Virus record (IMG/VR): IMGVR_UViG_3300033148_001360
Coordinates: 1-43,631 of that record
Strand: one strand, 5' to 3'
DNA length: 43,631 nucleotides
From: a virus
Taxonomy: Duplodnaviria; Caudoviricetes
This document shows, piece by piece, positions 17,863 to 28,086 of this stretch (its first letter is position 1; each line of letters opens with the position of its first letter). The position numbers and the translations under genes were made by a program. The notes below the pieces were generated by a model. That model was not told the DNA's origin, did not search any database, and saw only the letters and a program-made list of their open reading frames with translations.

Positions 17863-19335
17863 CTATTCTTTATAGTCGTGAGATTCTGAAATTGATTCAC
17901 CGTGAGCATAAGTATTGCTTTCAGATTTAGAAAGACTTTCACTATGACTGTAGCTATCACTTCTTGTCTCGCCATGACTCCATGATTCACTTTGCGATTC
18001 GCTACCGCTATAACTTAATCCTGCTGACGCATTCACAGCACCATAAGCAGATGACATGGCTTGCATCGCGATATTTGCTTGAGACTCTGCAACTTTTTCT
18101 CTAAGGCTATATTCTGATCCATAGCCCTTAACCGATATCTCAGCCTGGGCAATAGCAGCCTTCGAATCCGCCTCTGCATTCCTTATCTTTAAATCATATC
18201 CTGCAATAATACTCTTCTGATTATCTGAAATGGCCTGATTCTCAGACGCATATCCTGCTACCTCTGTTTTATATACGTCGGTAATAGCTGTATTTTTGCT
18301 AGAAATCGCACCTATTTCAGCATCAAAAGCTTGAGCTTCTGCAACGAACTGACTAATTATGCCCTTATTAGATTCAACAACGGCCTTCAGTACCTCAAGT
18401 TGAACAGTCACATATATCTTCTTTGCTTCTGCGTCCGCGAGATACGCTCGTAATTGTTCAGAATATCTTTGTATGGCTATTGCTGCTACCGCTTTTCGGT
18501 AATCAAGAGCGCGAGTATTTATGCCTGCCTCGTAATCTCTTGACAATGCATCAAGATCCTTTATTGAGGTTATTACAAACTGCTGATTCTTCTGTGCGAG
18601 GTCAGCCTGTTCAATAAGTATCTTACCATTTATATCAAGATTGTTAGCGGCTGTTACATTCGTTTGTTCTTGCAATCTGCCCATCATCGCGCCAGTAGGT
18701 AAATCAAATCCTCTTGAGGAAGCGTATTCTTCTATCTCACGTTGCTTCGCATCATTATCAACATCTTGCCTAGCAACAGCACGATCATATATTTCTTGCT
18801 CAACTGTTCCTCCAAGTCCTCCGGCACCACTTGATAAATCACTAACCAACTGTGTCATGATTAGCTGATAAGCTGTTTCGTCGTAAGTAGTCTCAAGCCA
18901 TGATATCGCTTCTGTGATATCAGTAGGCAATGTTCCTGGGGTTAGTGATGATGTATCAACCTCAGGAATAGCTTCTAGTGAGTATGGTGTTGGCTCAAAG
19001 TCTGGGAAGTTTGTTTGAATGTCTGTCCCCAATATCGGTGCATCAGATACGTCCACCGCGATATCATCCCCTATAGTAATAGGAGTATATCCAATATCAG
19101 TGTCTGGGAACTCACTAATTATTCCCTCCAGGTCTTCAAGATATCCTTCAAGTAATGTCGCCCATCTTTCAGCTTCTGCAGAGGTAGTGTTAAATCTCTC
19201 ATTAACTAATGTCCACGGCGAGCTAGGATCAGCCCTATGAATACCTGCCTCCCAATCACCCAGACCTTCGATGTTTTCAGGATTTGCTATTGTTACTGTA
19301 TAGTCTGCTGGATTTTGTACAAAGTCATTAGACAT
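17863..19335 (-). CDS. Putative ejection/pilot protein, coiled-coil with Ser-alternating C-terminus
   Basis: 'SSRGFDLPTG' segment, long Ala/Gln/Glu-rich helices, SxSxS tail. Confidence 0.6.
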   Translation of the reverse strand: MSNDFVQNPADYTVTIANPENIEGLGDWEAGIHRADPSSPWTLVNERFNTTSAEAERWATLLEGYLEDLEGIISEFPDTDIGYTPITIGDDIAVDVSDAPILGTDIQTNFPDFEPTPYSLEAIPEVDTSSLTPGTLPTDITEAISWLETTYDETAYQLIMTQLVSDLSSGAGGLGGTVEQEIYDRAVARQDVDNDAKQREIEEYASSRGFDLPTGAMMGRLQEQTNVTAANNLDINGKILIEQADLAQKNQQFVITSIKDLDALSRDYEAGINTRALDYRKAVAAIAIQRYSEQLRAYLADAEAKKIYVTVQLEVLKAVVESNKGIISQFVAEAQAFDAEIGAISSKNTAITDVYKTEVAGYASENQAISDNQKSIIAGYDLKIRNAEADSKAAIAQAEISVKGYGSEYSLREKVAESQANIAMQAMSSAYGAVNASAGLSYSGSESQSESWSHGETRSDSYSHSESLSKSESNTYAHGESISESHDYKE

Positions 19336-19338
19336 GGC

Positions 19339-19806
19339 TTATCTTCCTCCACGGCGTATTGCCTTATGAATAATTTGAATCGAATCTACAGAAAAATCAC
19401 TTCCTAATATATTACTTATTTTAAACTGTCCATAAGTCCAAAGCTGCATTCTACTAATGGCAATTCTTTTATACTGTTGACCCTTCGCAGGGGTTGTGCT
19501 TACCACATAAGGATTACTTGTCGTCTCTTCATCACCAGTTATTTCTATTTGAAGATCGCCTGTACACTGATATCCAAGATATAAATACCATACTCGCTTA
19601 GGATGTAGTGTCCCAAGATTAGTCATCGCAGGCATAAAATAAGCATCGATAGCTGTCCCTGAGTCATCATCACCACAACAAGCTTTAAACAAACCATCAT
19701 CTCCAGCGCCGAGCGTAATTCCATTGAACCGACACATCGAATTGTAATTGAAGTTCGTGTATTGTGTTGATGCATTTATTTTTAAATTTGTTCTTATTGT
19801 TTGCAT
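19339..19806 (-). CDS. Tail/nozzle-associated structural protein
   Basis: Beta-rich, in the tail cluster; 'TNLGTLHPKRVWYLYLG' recalls the C-terminal part of podovirus nozzle proteins. Confidence 0.5.
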   Translation of the reverse strand: MQTIRTNLKINASTQYTNFNYNSMCRFNGITLGAGDDGLFKACCGDDDSGTAIDAYFMPAMTNLGTLHPKRVWYLYLGYQCTGDLQIEITGDEETTSNPYVVSTTPAKGQQYKRIAISRMQLWTYGQFKISNILGSDFSVDSIQIIHKAIRRGGR

Positions 19807-19820
19807 TGACTGCTCCGAGG

Positions 19821-21365
19821 TTATATCACTGCGCGTTCACGTAGATCGTATGGTGCATAGATAAGACTAATGTTGAGAGTGATAGATGTTAATGATTCAT
19901 CAGCTACTGCTTCATCAGATAAAACAACATCATTAATAAAATTTGTTAACTCAGCATCAGTGGTAAATGTATTTGCATAACTCTGAGTTGCCGGTCTATC
20001 AACACAACAGTTATATTTAAGGTGGTAAGTTGTTTCATCTTCTTCAGTACCACTAGTGTATTCCTCTGTCCATCCTGCACCTATACCACAGATCCTAAAG
20101 ATTTCAAATCCGGAAGTTTCTGTGTCTAATTCTAAAAATACAGTTCCTTCTATGGTACATACAGTCCGCCACCATGAAGTATCGTCGTCCCAGTCTGTTC
20201 TACCGGTGCTTGCAGTAAACTCATACTGTATTGCATCAATACCAAAACTAACAGTTACATAAAGATTGCCAGAGTCAGTGCGATATGTATGCCCGTCTGA
20301 GGTACTTGCGATATATACACTCGGATCATTTATGACATTCAGTACACTACGCCCCATGACATTGAATAACAAGTCGTCTAAATCACCATTTGCAGCAAAA
20401 CAATCTAAAACGACCTCATCCACATATCCTGTTGTGTTATCATAATAACCTGTACTACAATCCACACATAGTGTATGCGCGGTAATTGGTGCACCATATT
20501 CATTTGTACTATCATGCTCCCATGCATTACTTTCATCTATACAAAGACCGCCCTGATTATTGCCATTTACTACCGATGCATAAAGACTGTATATATATCG
20601 ATGGCCTTCCTCGTCCAGCTCGATCAGCTCATCAGTGGAGTCCAGAATGATGCAAGTATTGTACCAATAATCTACACTGGAAACATCTACATCTGAAATA
20701 TCTATCCAAGTATCCCCATCTTCATTGAGTATCCTCTTGACGCCCTCAGCATGAAAATCGTAAACAAATAACTTTGTTACTGAATCTATCATCCTAGTTA
20801 TATATAATAAAGGCCAGTATGTCGGCCTGTTTATAGCATTTACCAATCCTCCATCCAACTTACTCGAATCAAAATCAGAAATAATGTTAAACGCTATATG
20901 TTTATTGAGAACAATTTCTTCAGTAGGATTCTCTGGATCGAATGGAATCTCAGGGTATGAGAATACCAGTACCTTTGTTGGGGCACTACTTGTAACGTGC
21001 TGAAAACCCGTGCCTGAATTAATATAATAACTCCCGTCTTCTGGAATTACAAAACATCTAGTTGAGTTCGCAAATACTTGCAAAGCATCGTTAGGGAAAG
21101 CAGGCCAATCTTCAGGAGACAGATCTCGCATGGCTTTAACATACGAACCATAATCCACATCAGTATGATATAAAAATGGCACATCAAAGTAAGTCGTACT
21201 ATCTATTAAAACTGATATGGTATTAGCTGCGTAATCAACAGCCGTGACTATACCTTCTTTCACACATCCACGCTCATAAGCATCTGTCGGCAAATTAAGC
21301 ATTGCGGGCGATATAAGACGCTCATCAGTTATCGGATTCTTAAATTCTATCTCAAGATTATTCAC
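19821..21365 (-). CDS. Putative tail/baseplate-like structural protein
   Basis: 514-aa acidic, beta-rich ORF with an N-terminal OB-like 'GIVTAVDYAANTISV' segment. Confidence 0.5.
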   Translation of the reverse strand: MNNLEIEFKNPITDERLISPAMLNLPTDAYERGCVKEGIVTAVDYAANTISVLIDSTTYFDVPFLYHTDVDYGSYVKAMRDLSPEDWPAFPNDALQVFANSTRCFVIPEDGSYYINSGTGFQHVTSSAPTKVLVFSYPEIPFDPENPTEEIVLNKHIAFNIISDFDSSKLDGGLVNAINRPTYWPLLYITRMIDSVTKLFVYDFHAEGVKRILNEDGDTWIDISDVDVSSVDYWYNTCIILDSTDELIELDEEGHRYIYSLYASVVNGNNQGGLCIDESNAWEHDSTNEYGAPITAHTLCVDCSTGYYDNTTGYVDEVVLDCFAANGDLDDLLFNVMGRSVLNVINDPSVYIASTSDGHTYRTDSGNLYVTVSFGIDAIQYEFTASTGRTDWDDDTSWWRTVCTIEGTVFLELDTETSGFEIFRICGIGAGWTEEYTSGTEEDETTYHLKYNCCVDRPATQSYANTFTTDAELTNFINDVVLSDEAVADESLTSITLNISLIYAPYDLRERAVI

Positions 21366-21969
21366 TTATTTCACTTGATAAAAACGGTGTTATGAGAATA
21401 CCTCCTGGACACTCAGTGAGATCCATAGGCAATTCATTACAGCAGTCAGGAGTTATTATGTCTGGGCCGTGATTAGCAGTTACCATTACGAGCTGTCCGA
21501 TTTCATACTCTTCCCAGCTACAAGTAGAGATGAGCAAAAGCGTCTCAAATGGCACGTATCGTTTTCCGTCACATATAGATATAGCATAATAATTTTTAGT
21601 ATCGTCCTCAGTCGCAGTCTGTAATATCTCTTCAATCATGCCTACAGCGAAACATAGAAAGTCAAAGAGTTCGCATACAGAAAGCTGAATGATTTCTTTC
21701 TGCTGCTCCAGTAGTGCACGATCCCTGAACGATGGTACTGGCGGAACAAATGGCGTAACATATATATTTACCTGCTTCTGTCCGAACTTATTTATGCATT
21801 CGACAGTTACTCCGTTAAATGGGGACACAACTCTGCGGCCTTCATTTAAATTCTGATATGACATCTGCCGTTCGAGAATAGAAAGCTGTGTCATGGCAAA
21901 CTTTATAAACCCCTGACTCGCTCCTTTATTACCACCGAGGTTTATTTTAGTTGTAGGGATTAATGGCAT
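21358..21969 (-). CDS. Putative tail structural protein
   Basis: Overlaps both neighbours in the tail cluster. Confidence 0.55.
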   Translation of the reverse strand: MPLIPTTKINLGGNKGASQGFIKFAMTQLSILERQMSYQNLNEGRRVVSPFNGVTVECINKFGQKQVNIYVTPFVPPVPSFRDRALLEQQKEIIQLSVCELFDFLCFAVGMIEEILQTATEDDTKNYYAISICDGKRYVPFETLLLISTCSWEEYEIGQLVMVTANHGPDIITPDCCNELPMDLTECPGGILITPFLSSEISE

Positions 21970-23051
21970 GTCCCTTCCCTGATATGACGAATAACCGTAT
22001 AATCATCTGGTTGATTCCCTTGACAGGAGATCACTGGAGGTTTTACGTTAATCATCCCCTCGCCTGTTACGCGAATATAACCATAAGTTGACATATTCGG
22101 CAATGGTGCAGATACCACGCCTTGTCCAGTCGGATATATAATCCCCGTAGACGTAAGCATAGGTACATTGGCATTATAATTTCCTGCTCCAAGTAAATTA
22201 AGTTGTCCAGATACTGCAATGCTCGGTGTTGATACTTCAAACGTACCATTGCCGATGATTGAAACCTTCCCGTATGTATCAACTGTAGATGAAACTTCTA
22301 CATTTCCTACTGCACCATAATCACTATGAACCTTGATTCGTTTCGGGGAAATATGCCCTGAACCATAAATATCGTTATCACCAATACTTAAAATTTCCGG
22401 CAATCGTGGCGCAATGACAGACCATCCAACAATATCTATAGTAGCAAATCCTTCCATAGAGACAACTGGTGATGCTATGTCTGTGGCTGCCTCGACAGGT
22501 GTTTCACCATAACTGTCCACGGATACAAGAGGTGATATGAAATTTCCTGCAAATGTGGGGGATTCATATATCGTTTGAGGATCTTCCACATTAGACGCTA
22601 CGTGTTGATCAAATACATCGTCAAACAACACAGTGGGATTTGTTATTGTAGCATTATACGTGGTATCTACTATTGAATCGGTAGAAGATGTTATTACAAC
22701 ATTCTGTGCGCCAGAAGATGTTGTACCGCCTGAGTTATGAGTATTATTTACAACGATTTTATCAAATTCTGTAGGTGTATCAAAGACTATTATCAATCTT
22801 TGGTTCGTGTACGCAAATGAAGCAGACTCCCACTGATTATCCACTGCCGCATTAATTTTTGATGTAGACGTATCAAATGTATATTCGGCGGAATACTCAC
22901 TAGCTCTTTCAGTAGTCGCATACGCTGTAAATTCTGTAGTTATTCCGACTAATACATCATCAAGAAAAAAGTCTATTGACCTAATACTAATGCGAGTAGT
23001 ATTATAACTATCAGCTATATCGAGAATGACACTTTTTGCGCTAATACTCAT
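21960..23051 (-). CDS. Tail protein with N-terminal discoidin/F5-8-like carbohydrate-binding domain
   Basis: 'YSAEYTFD...NQWES...RLIIVFDTPTEFDKIVVNN' pattern; repetitive beta-rich C-terminal half. Confidence 0.55.
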   Translation of the reverse strand: MSISAKSVILDIADSYNTTRISIRSIDFFLDDVLVGITTEFTAYATTERASEYSAEYTFDTSTSKINAAVDNQWESASFAYTNQRLIIVFDTPTEFDKIVVNNTHNSGGTTSSGAQNVVITSSTDSIVDTTYNATITNPTVLFDDVFDQHVASNVEDPQTIYESPTFAGNFISPLVSVDSYGETPVEAATDIASPVVSMEGFATIDIVGWSVIAPRLPEILSIGDNDIYGSGHISPKRIKVHSDYGAVGNVEVSSTVDTYGKVSIIGNGTFEVSTPSIAVSGQLNLLGAGNYNANVPMLTSTGIIYPTGQGVVSAPLPNMSTYGYIRVTGEGMINVKPPVISCQGNQPDDYTVIRHIREGTCH

Positions 23052-23080
23052 AACTCATCTCCAGCAGATAACAACATAGT

Positions 23081-23554
23081 TTATTGCTTAGTAGTGGTAT
23101 AAGTGAATGTTGGAAATAATGCAGGGCCATCTTCAACGATATTCGTATTACTTAATTGCATCTCGTAAGAAGAAGTCGTCCCGATAGATCCATCAAGACG
23201 TATTGATGATGTACTTGCCCCTGTTACAGCATCATTATCATACCAGCGGAACCATCCAGCCACAGTCCCTGTACCCGCAGCAGCTAGCCCATCACCACTC
23301 CATACTTCTGCCACAGTCTTAGCAAGAACTCCTGCCGCAGACACGTCCATACTTAATCCATTCCCAGGAGCGCCTGGAACAAATGCCAGAGAGTCTTGTG
23401 TAATAATCATCAGCAAATCCCCAGTCTCTACGGCGTCTGCTGTTGCTGGTTGCCCTCCTGAATAAATATGAATAACTGAATCGTTCATTACTTCTTTAAC
23501 CGACCCTACTGTATTCACTGCATCAACAAATCCTGTGCTTAATCGTTCTGCCAT
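23081..23554 (-). CDS. Virion structural protein
   Basis: 'RLSTG...IHIYSGGQPATAD...GTVAGWFR...RLDGSIG' resembles a recurrent phage structural family. Confidence 0.6.
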   Translation of the reverse strand: MAERLSTGFVDAVNTVGSVKEVMNDSVIHIYSGGQPATADAVETGDLLMIITQDSLAFVPGAPGNGLSMDVSAAGVLAKTVAEVWSGDGLAAAGTGTVAGWFRWYDNDAVTGASTSSIRLDGSIGTTSSYEMQLSNTNIVEDGPALFPTFTYTTTKQ

Positions 23555-23563
23555 GATACCACC

Positions 23564-24514
23564 TTAATATATTGAATTGATTACGTTATGACCATCTACA
23601 AGCGTTGTGCCACGAGCACCTGTTGGGTAGATGAGTTTCTTTTCTGTTGGTATAATTAACTGTCCTTCAGACGTTCCGATACATAGTCCTGCATCAGACG
23701 ACCATACCGCCGATAATCCCGGTATTTGATATTCTGTATCCCGCAAGTCCACGAGTTCGATATTCTCTGACCATTCATGCGCTGGAAAAGAAGATTTTTT
23801 AATATATCGCATGGAGGCAAAACGCTCACCAGCCTCAATGAATCCAGTCGCTTCTTCATCCGAAACCCAAACTCCATTGGCAACAGGTTTAATCATCATA
23901 ACCTTTGTACCAAACTGAAAGTATTTTCTTGCGAAATCAAATTTGCCAAAAGCGTTCGGCTCAGATACCCATATAACATTATCCTTTGCAATCCACATAC
24001 ATGATTGAAAAAATGCTATGTGGGAGCCTATTGGAGCAGGATAAAATGATCTAACTGTCGTCGCGCCAACATGGGCAGGAGCAACAGGCCAGGCGGAGGA
24101 AATACCATTTTCGATAACTCCGTTCTGATAACCATTTGAATAATATGTTTTATCTCCTACTTGAGCGAATGATACTCTCGCGCCTTTCGTAAGGCCAGAA
24201 CGGATTCCTGTCAAAGTATAATCAGTAGCAACTTGATATAATGCCGCATCAGCTTCACGATCTTGCACGACAAAACAATCACCTTTATCACAGAACAACG
24301 AATGCGAGACAATAGCTGAAAGAAGAGTTTGCCCTGACCTACGAGAAACACGTCCGGTATCGTCAATAAAAACATTTACAGCCTCAGAAAGATCCGATAT
24401 ACCGCTCGAAGGATTGTATGGGAGTCTAACAGGATCAAGAATGTTATTTAATCCTGTAGCACCACTAAAAAGAATATCCATTTGATCAGCCTTCTCTACA
24501 GATAATAAATTCAT
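23564..24514 (-). CDS. Putative tail nozzle/stabilisation protein (beta-propeller-like)
   Basis: 'FSGATGLNN...AVNVFIDDTGRVSRRSG' N-terminus and 'IWVSEP' typical of podovirus tail tubular proteins. Confidence 0.6.
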   Translation of the reverse strand: MNLLSVEKADQMDILFSGATGLNNILDPVRLPYNPSSGISDLSEAVNVFIDDTGRVSRRSGQTLLSAIVSHSLFCDKGDCFVVQDREADAALYQVATDYTLTGIRSGLTKGARVSFAQVGDKTYYSNGYQNGVIENGISSAWPVAPAHVGATTVRSFYPAPIGSHIAFFQSCMWIAKDNVIWVSEPNAFGKFDFARKYFQFGTKVMMIKPVANGVWVSDEEATGFIEAGERFASMRYIKKSSFPAHEWSENIELVDLRDTEYQIPGLSAVWSSDAGLCIGTSEGQLIIPTEKKLIYPTGARGTTLVDGHNVINSIY

Positions 24515-24564
24515 CTAACTGAACTTTAGAAAACACATTATATAAGTATTTCATTATTACTCCA

Positions 24565-24984
24565 TTACATCCGTTTACGATATTTGGTTTGTCGGATATC
24601 AAAATGAACTCTACCTGACCAATAAATAATAATACCATACTTGTGAGGATACTTTCCATCAAGATACGCTGCAAGATCGTCAGCAGTTATAGTAATCCAT
24701 GCATGACCATTCCATGTTTGAACAACATAATCCATAGCCTTAGCGTAAAGATGATACGAGTTATCAGCCCCACCCTCTTTACGATTATGGTCAGGACAAC
24801 GATCCCCAGATTTAACTAAAATTCGCACCTTGTCCGCGCTGTCACGATGCTTGAAAAAATCAGCAGAATCCTGCACAACAGTTAGAAGTTCATAGTCAGC
24901 ACAATCATACCCACAACCACATTGACAGGTCATCTCAGAGCGCCTAATATTTGCAGTTAAATCATCCATATCAATTGCCTCCAA
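24565..24984 (-). CDS. Endolysin, peptidase M15A-type (Zn-dependent)
   Basis: 'CQCGC', 'SGDRCPDHNRKEGGADNSYHL...AMD', 'VHFDIR'. Confidence 0.88.
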   Translation of the reverse strand: MEAIDMDDLTANIRRSEMTCQCGCGYDCADYELLTVVQDSADFFKHRDSADKVRILVKSGDRCPDHNRKEGGADNSYHLYAKAMDYVVQTWNGHAWITITADDLAAYLDGKYPHKYGIIIYWSGRVHFDIRQTKYRKRM

Positions 24985-25282
24985 ACAATGTTTTTATAAT
25001 CCATACAATGGCGGTCGTAACAATCAACAGTAGAGAGGTTGTCCTAACTTTTTTACCTGAAACTCTAACATCAGAAACAAACTTGTGGTTATCATCACGC
25101 TCAGACCTGTCTAACCGTATCTCTGAAATGAAAGTATGGTTTGCTTCCCATTCGTCCCGTGATTCCATACACTTTTCAAGAGACTTATGGTGCAGATAAT
25201 GTTGCTCGTTTGGAATGTAAAACTCCGAGTGATGGTCTTTCAGGGCATCAAGCACCACCTTTTTTAAATCATCTGGATTCAT
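24971..25282 (-). CDS. Putative holin (single C-terminal TM helix)
   Basis: Directly upstream of the endolysin; C-terminal 'LLLIVTTAIVWII'. Confidence 0.5.
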   Translation of the reverse strand: MNPDDLKKVVLDALKDHHSEFYIPNEQHYLHHKSLEKCMESRDEWEANHTFISEIRLDRSERDDNHKFVSDVRVSGKKVRTTSLLLIVTTAIVWIIKTLFGGN

Positions 25283-25413
25283 TATTTTACCAAGGGAATT
25301 GACAAGTCGGGATTGTCGTTATCGTTTATGTTAAGGGTGTTATTGTTACCACTAATATATGTAAATGAGCAGGAGGATAATAACAACAATAATATCAACA
25401 TGATATACTTCAT
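25282..25413 (-). CDS. Small lipoprotein (43 aa, not in the ORF track)
   Basis: MKYIMLILLLLLSSC-SFTYISGNNNTLNINDNDNPDLSIPLVK; signal peptide with LSSC lipobox; start and stop overlap both neighbours. Confidence 0.75.
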   Translation of the reverse strand: MKYIMLILLLLLSSCSFTYISGNNNTLNINDNDNPDLSIPLVK

Positions 25414-25790
25414 GGCCTAGACTCATTGAAAGCATCCCAACCCCACTTACTAACAGCCTTATAGTAGGCTCCGGCTCTCAACAGGCGAGGAAAACGGATT
25501 ACACAATTTGATTTAGCGTTGATCCATCTTTTGAGGTTTTCATAGAAGTTGTAATTTGCTTGGTCAAAAGCTTCTCTTGTTTTTTCGCAAAATGTGAATT
25601 CATCATCATGCAGATTGCAAACAGGAGTAATACGTAAGCCATAAATAGTATCAGGAACAAAATCAAACTTAGCATTCCCAGCCCCACAACCATTGGCATG
25701 TTTTAAAAACTCTTCAAAGTCCTCACGCCTTTCATTAATCCCACTGTAACCAAGGAGGTGAACACCATCTATTTCAATATGTTCGCTCAT
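25410..25790 (-). CDS. Phospholipase A2-like / DUF1353-like protein
   Basis: 'NGCGAG' and 'VCNLHDDEF' resemble the CGxG and CxxHDxxY motifs. Confidence 0.6.
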   Translation of the reverse strand: MSEHIEIDGVHLLGYSGINERREDFEEFLKHANGCGAGNAKFDFVPDTIYGLRITPVCNLHDDEFTFCEKTREAFDQANYNFYENLKRWINAKSNCVIRFPRLLRAGAYYKAVSKWGWDAFNESRP

Positions 25791-26257
25791 GCAGCCACCT
25801 CGAAAACTTTCGCATGACCAAAATATACAGAAATCATGGATGTATCATAAGGCTTCTGAGTTGTTTGATTACCCTCAGCATCTGTGTTGTATCTAGGCTC
25901 AATGTAAGTGTAAATATCCTTATTAAGAATCATCAGCGCCTCTGGCACCTTACCTACAACTTCGCCATCATCGTTAAGCACATCAACCTTATCCCATGCA
26001 GATTGTCCATAATACACTTCCCAGCCAAGGAGGGAGAAAGAAACAATCAAAGCCTCTATTAAAAACAGTGGTTTTTCATGATCTGTTGTGATGGTACAAT
26101 AGATTAACTTTGTGGGATCATGGTCAACAAATCCACAACTAGGGATAAGCGTATCAAGCATATCAATCTCATACCTAGCATCAGGGTCGAGATTAGACAA
26201 CTCATCACCTATCGGCATCTTGATCCAGAAATTGTACACGTTATCCCTGATTAGCAT
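25787..26257 (-). CDS. Hypothetical protein
   Basis: Overlaps its neighbours in the operon. Confidence 0.65.
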   Translation of the reverse strand: MLIRDNVYNFWIKMPIGDELSNLDPDARYEIDMLDTLIPSCGFVDHDPTKLIYCTITTDHEKPLFLIEALIVSFSLLGWEVYYGQSAWDKVDVLNDDGEVVGKVPEALMILNKDIYTYIEPRYNTDAEGNQTTQKPYDTSMISVYFGHAKVFEVAA

Positions 26258-26432
26258 TGTTCATCCCCCTGATCTTCCCAAAAATATCAGCCCTACTTCT
26301 ATTCATGGCACCCTTTCCAATCGTCTTAGCAGGATTCAGGCCATGCTTGGCAAATAGGGCTGTGAGTTTACCAAATACATTGGCTTTCATTACTGGGGAC
26401 GGTGGTCTATGTCTTACGCTTGGTTTTGCCAT
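26241..26432 (-). CDS. Small basic protein
   Basis: AGGT RBS; 63 aa, Lys/Arg-rich. Confidence 0.55.
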   Translation of the reverse strand: MAKPSVRHRPPSPVMKANVFGKLTALFAKHGLNPAKTIGKGAMNRSRADIFGKIRGMNNANQG

Positions 26433-26441
26433 TATCTATAC

Positions 26442-27551
26442 CTATACTAATGTGTCATGTCGTGGGATAACCCCACCTTCTCTTCCGTCAATCCAAATTT
26501 CATCATCTGCACCAACCTCAAGTGCGTTGTCGGCTGAGGAAATGATATAAGTGCAGATTACTCTAAGTTCAGGTCCAGGTAACACTCCTGTTTCAAGAGA
26601 AGTTACATAAGCATACAAAGCGTCCCGTGCGGCTCCTCGGTTCGCAAACTTCTCTTGTCCGATAAGATTGACAAGAGGATGAACCTTATTGTGACTCGCC
26701 ACTATTGCTTGGATAATACAATCATTGCCTGTAACATAATCAAGTCCGCCTCCACCGCTCACATCGTTCCACATTGGGTCGGTTGCATCGGTATAGAACA
26801 GGTCATTACTTGCTGTTGTTACTTCCCAATCACCATCAGAGGCCATAAAGAGATGTGGGATTGTGGTCGCCTCATCAATCACCATTCTTATATCTTCATC
26901 AGCGAATTTTGAAGCACTGATTTTCGTAAAGGTAGTAGCATTATTGGCAAGACCGTAAACTTCTGCACCGCCCCCAGCCCTGGCAAAAGCAAGTCCACGG
27001 GTTTGATGTTCATAAAGATGTTGCTGAGCAGTCAATAATTTGCCATGGCGTTCACAAGCAAACCAAATATTATCCCCACCATTATCGTAAACAAAACTAA
27101 CAAGGGTACGGAATACAATGGCTGTTCTGGTATCGGTGATAATTTCAAGATCACCATCAGCCTTAAAGCCAATATAAACCCCGGTGAGGGCTTCAACAGT
27201 TGAAAGCTGAAATGTTTTAATCCCTGTTACAACGACTTTCACGCCATTGAGGAAATAATAAAAACTATCCTCCCCGGCAGCAGGCATGATTGCAAGAGTT
27301 CTGTCAGCCAATGCAGTAACACCATCCCCGAAAGTCGTCTGCGCTGTCAGTTTGGAATAGTCACCGTCTTTGTTGTAGTCACATTGGTGAACTTCTTGTG
27401 ACGATGCGGTTTGGCAGTATTGCAAAATACCGTTACTCTTACCACCAGCCCACGCATCTTCTCTATCAAAACCTGTAAAATTACTACTGGCTGAGTTGAC
27501 TGCATCTACTTGGATCACTTCACTTAGTGGAATTGTATTTAAAACTGCCAT
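26442..27551 (-). CDS. Putative tail fibre/appendage protein
   Basis: 369-aa beta-rich ORF; N-terminus similar to that of 27551..28078. Confidence 0.55.
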   Translation of the reverse strand: MAVLNTIPLSEVIQVDAVNSASSNFTGFDREDAWAGGKSNGILQYCQTASSQEVHQCDYNKDGDYSKLTAQTTFGDGVTALADRTLAIMPAAGEDSFYYFLNGVKVVVTGIKTFQLSTVEALTGVYIGFKADGDLEIITDTRTAIVFRTLVSFVYDNGGDNIWFACERHGKLLTAQQHLYEHQTRGLAFARAGGGAEVYGLANNATTFTKISASKFADEDIRMVIDEATTIPHLFMASDGDWEVTTASNDLFYTDATDPMWNDVSGGGGLDYVTGNDCIIQAIVASHNKVHPLVNLIGQEKFANRGAARDALYAYVTSLETGVLPGPELRVICTYIISSADNALEVGADDEIWIDGREGGVIPRHDTLV

Positions 27552-28078
27552 TATGGGGTACCTATAAGTATTGATTTATCCCAAATATCCACCGCACCAC
27601 CTTCAGCAGTAAGATATATTTCAAGGTCATATGCAACAGCATAAGATCCATTATAAGCTTCCATCAGCACATAAGATAATATATCCACACCATTTCTGGC
27701 GAACTCTATCTCAAAAGTGTCTATGGGTACTTCCCCACCGTCACCAGCAGGTCTAGCAATCACAAGTTCAACTTTCATCCTTGATAATGCTGTAGCTGCG
27801 CTCATCCCACCGCCCAACTTAATAAACAGCAAACTATCTTCAACAAGACCTGAACTACCACAGTCTATCTTGCTGTTGGTGCTATCCCAAAGAGCACCAT
27901 TTGACTTGCCCTCATACACTAACTTATTGTTGGTATAGAGTGTCCTGACACCTATTGCTAGGGTTTGTCTTGCTCCGGTAGTGTACTGGTTGTCTATACA
28001 GCTATGGTAACCAGAAGCCCTGGGAATATGATTTTCCTTTAAAGCATCACTTAATTTAATTGTATCGAGAACTGCCAT
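27551..28078 (-). CDS. Putative tail fibre/appendage protein
   Basis: N-terminus MAVLDTIKLSD is similar to MAVLNTIPLSE of the adjacent gene. Confidence 0.55.
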   Translation of the reverse strand: MAVLDTIKLSDALKENHIPRASGYHSCIDNQYTTGARQTLAIGVRTLYTNNKLVYEGKSNGALWDSTNSKIDCGSSGLVEDSLLFIKLGGGMSAATALSRMKVELVIARPAGDGGEVPIDTFEIEFARNGVDILSYVLMEAYNGSYAVAYDLEIYLTAEGGAVDIWDKSILIGTP

Positions 28079-28086
28079 ATAATCAC

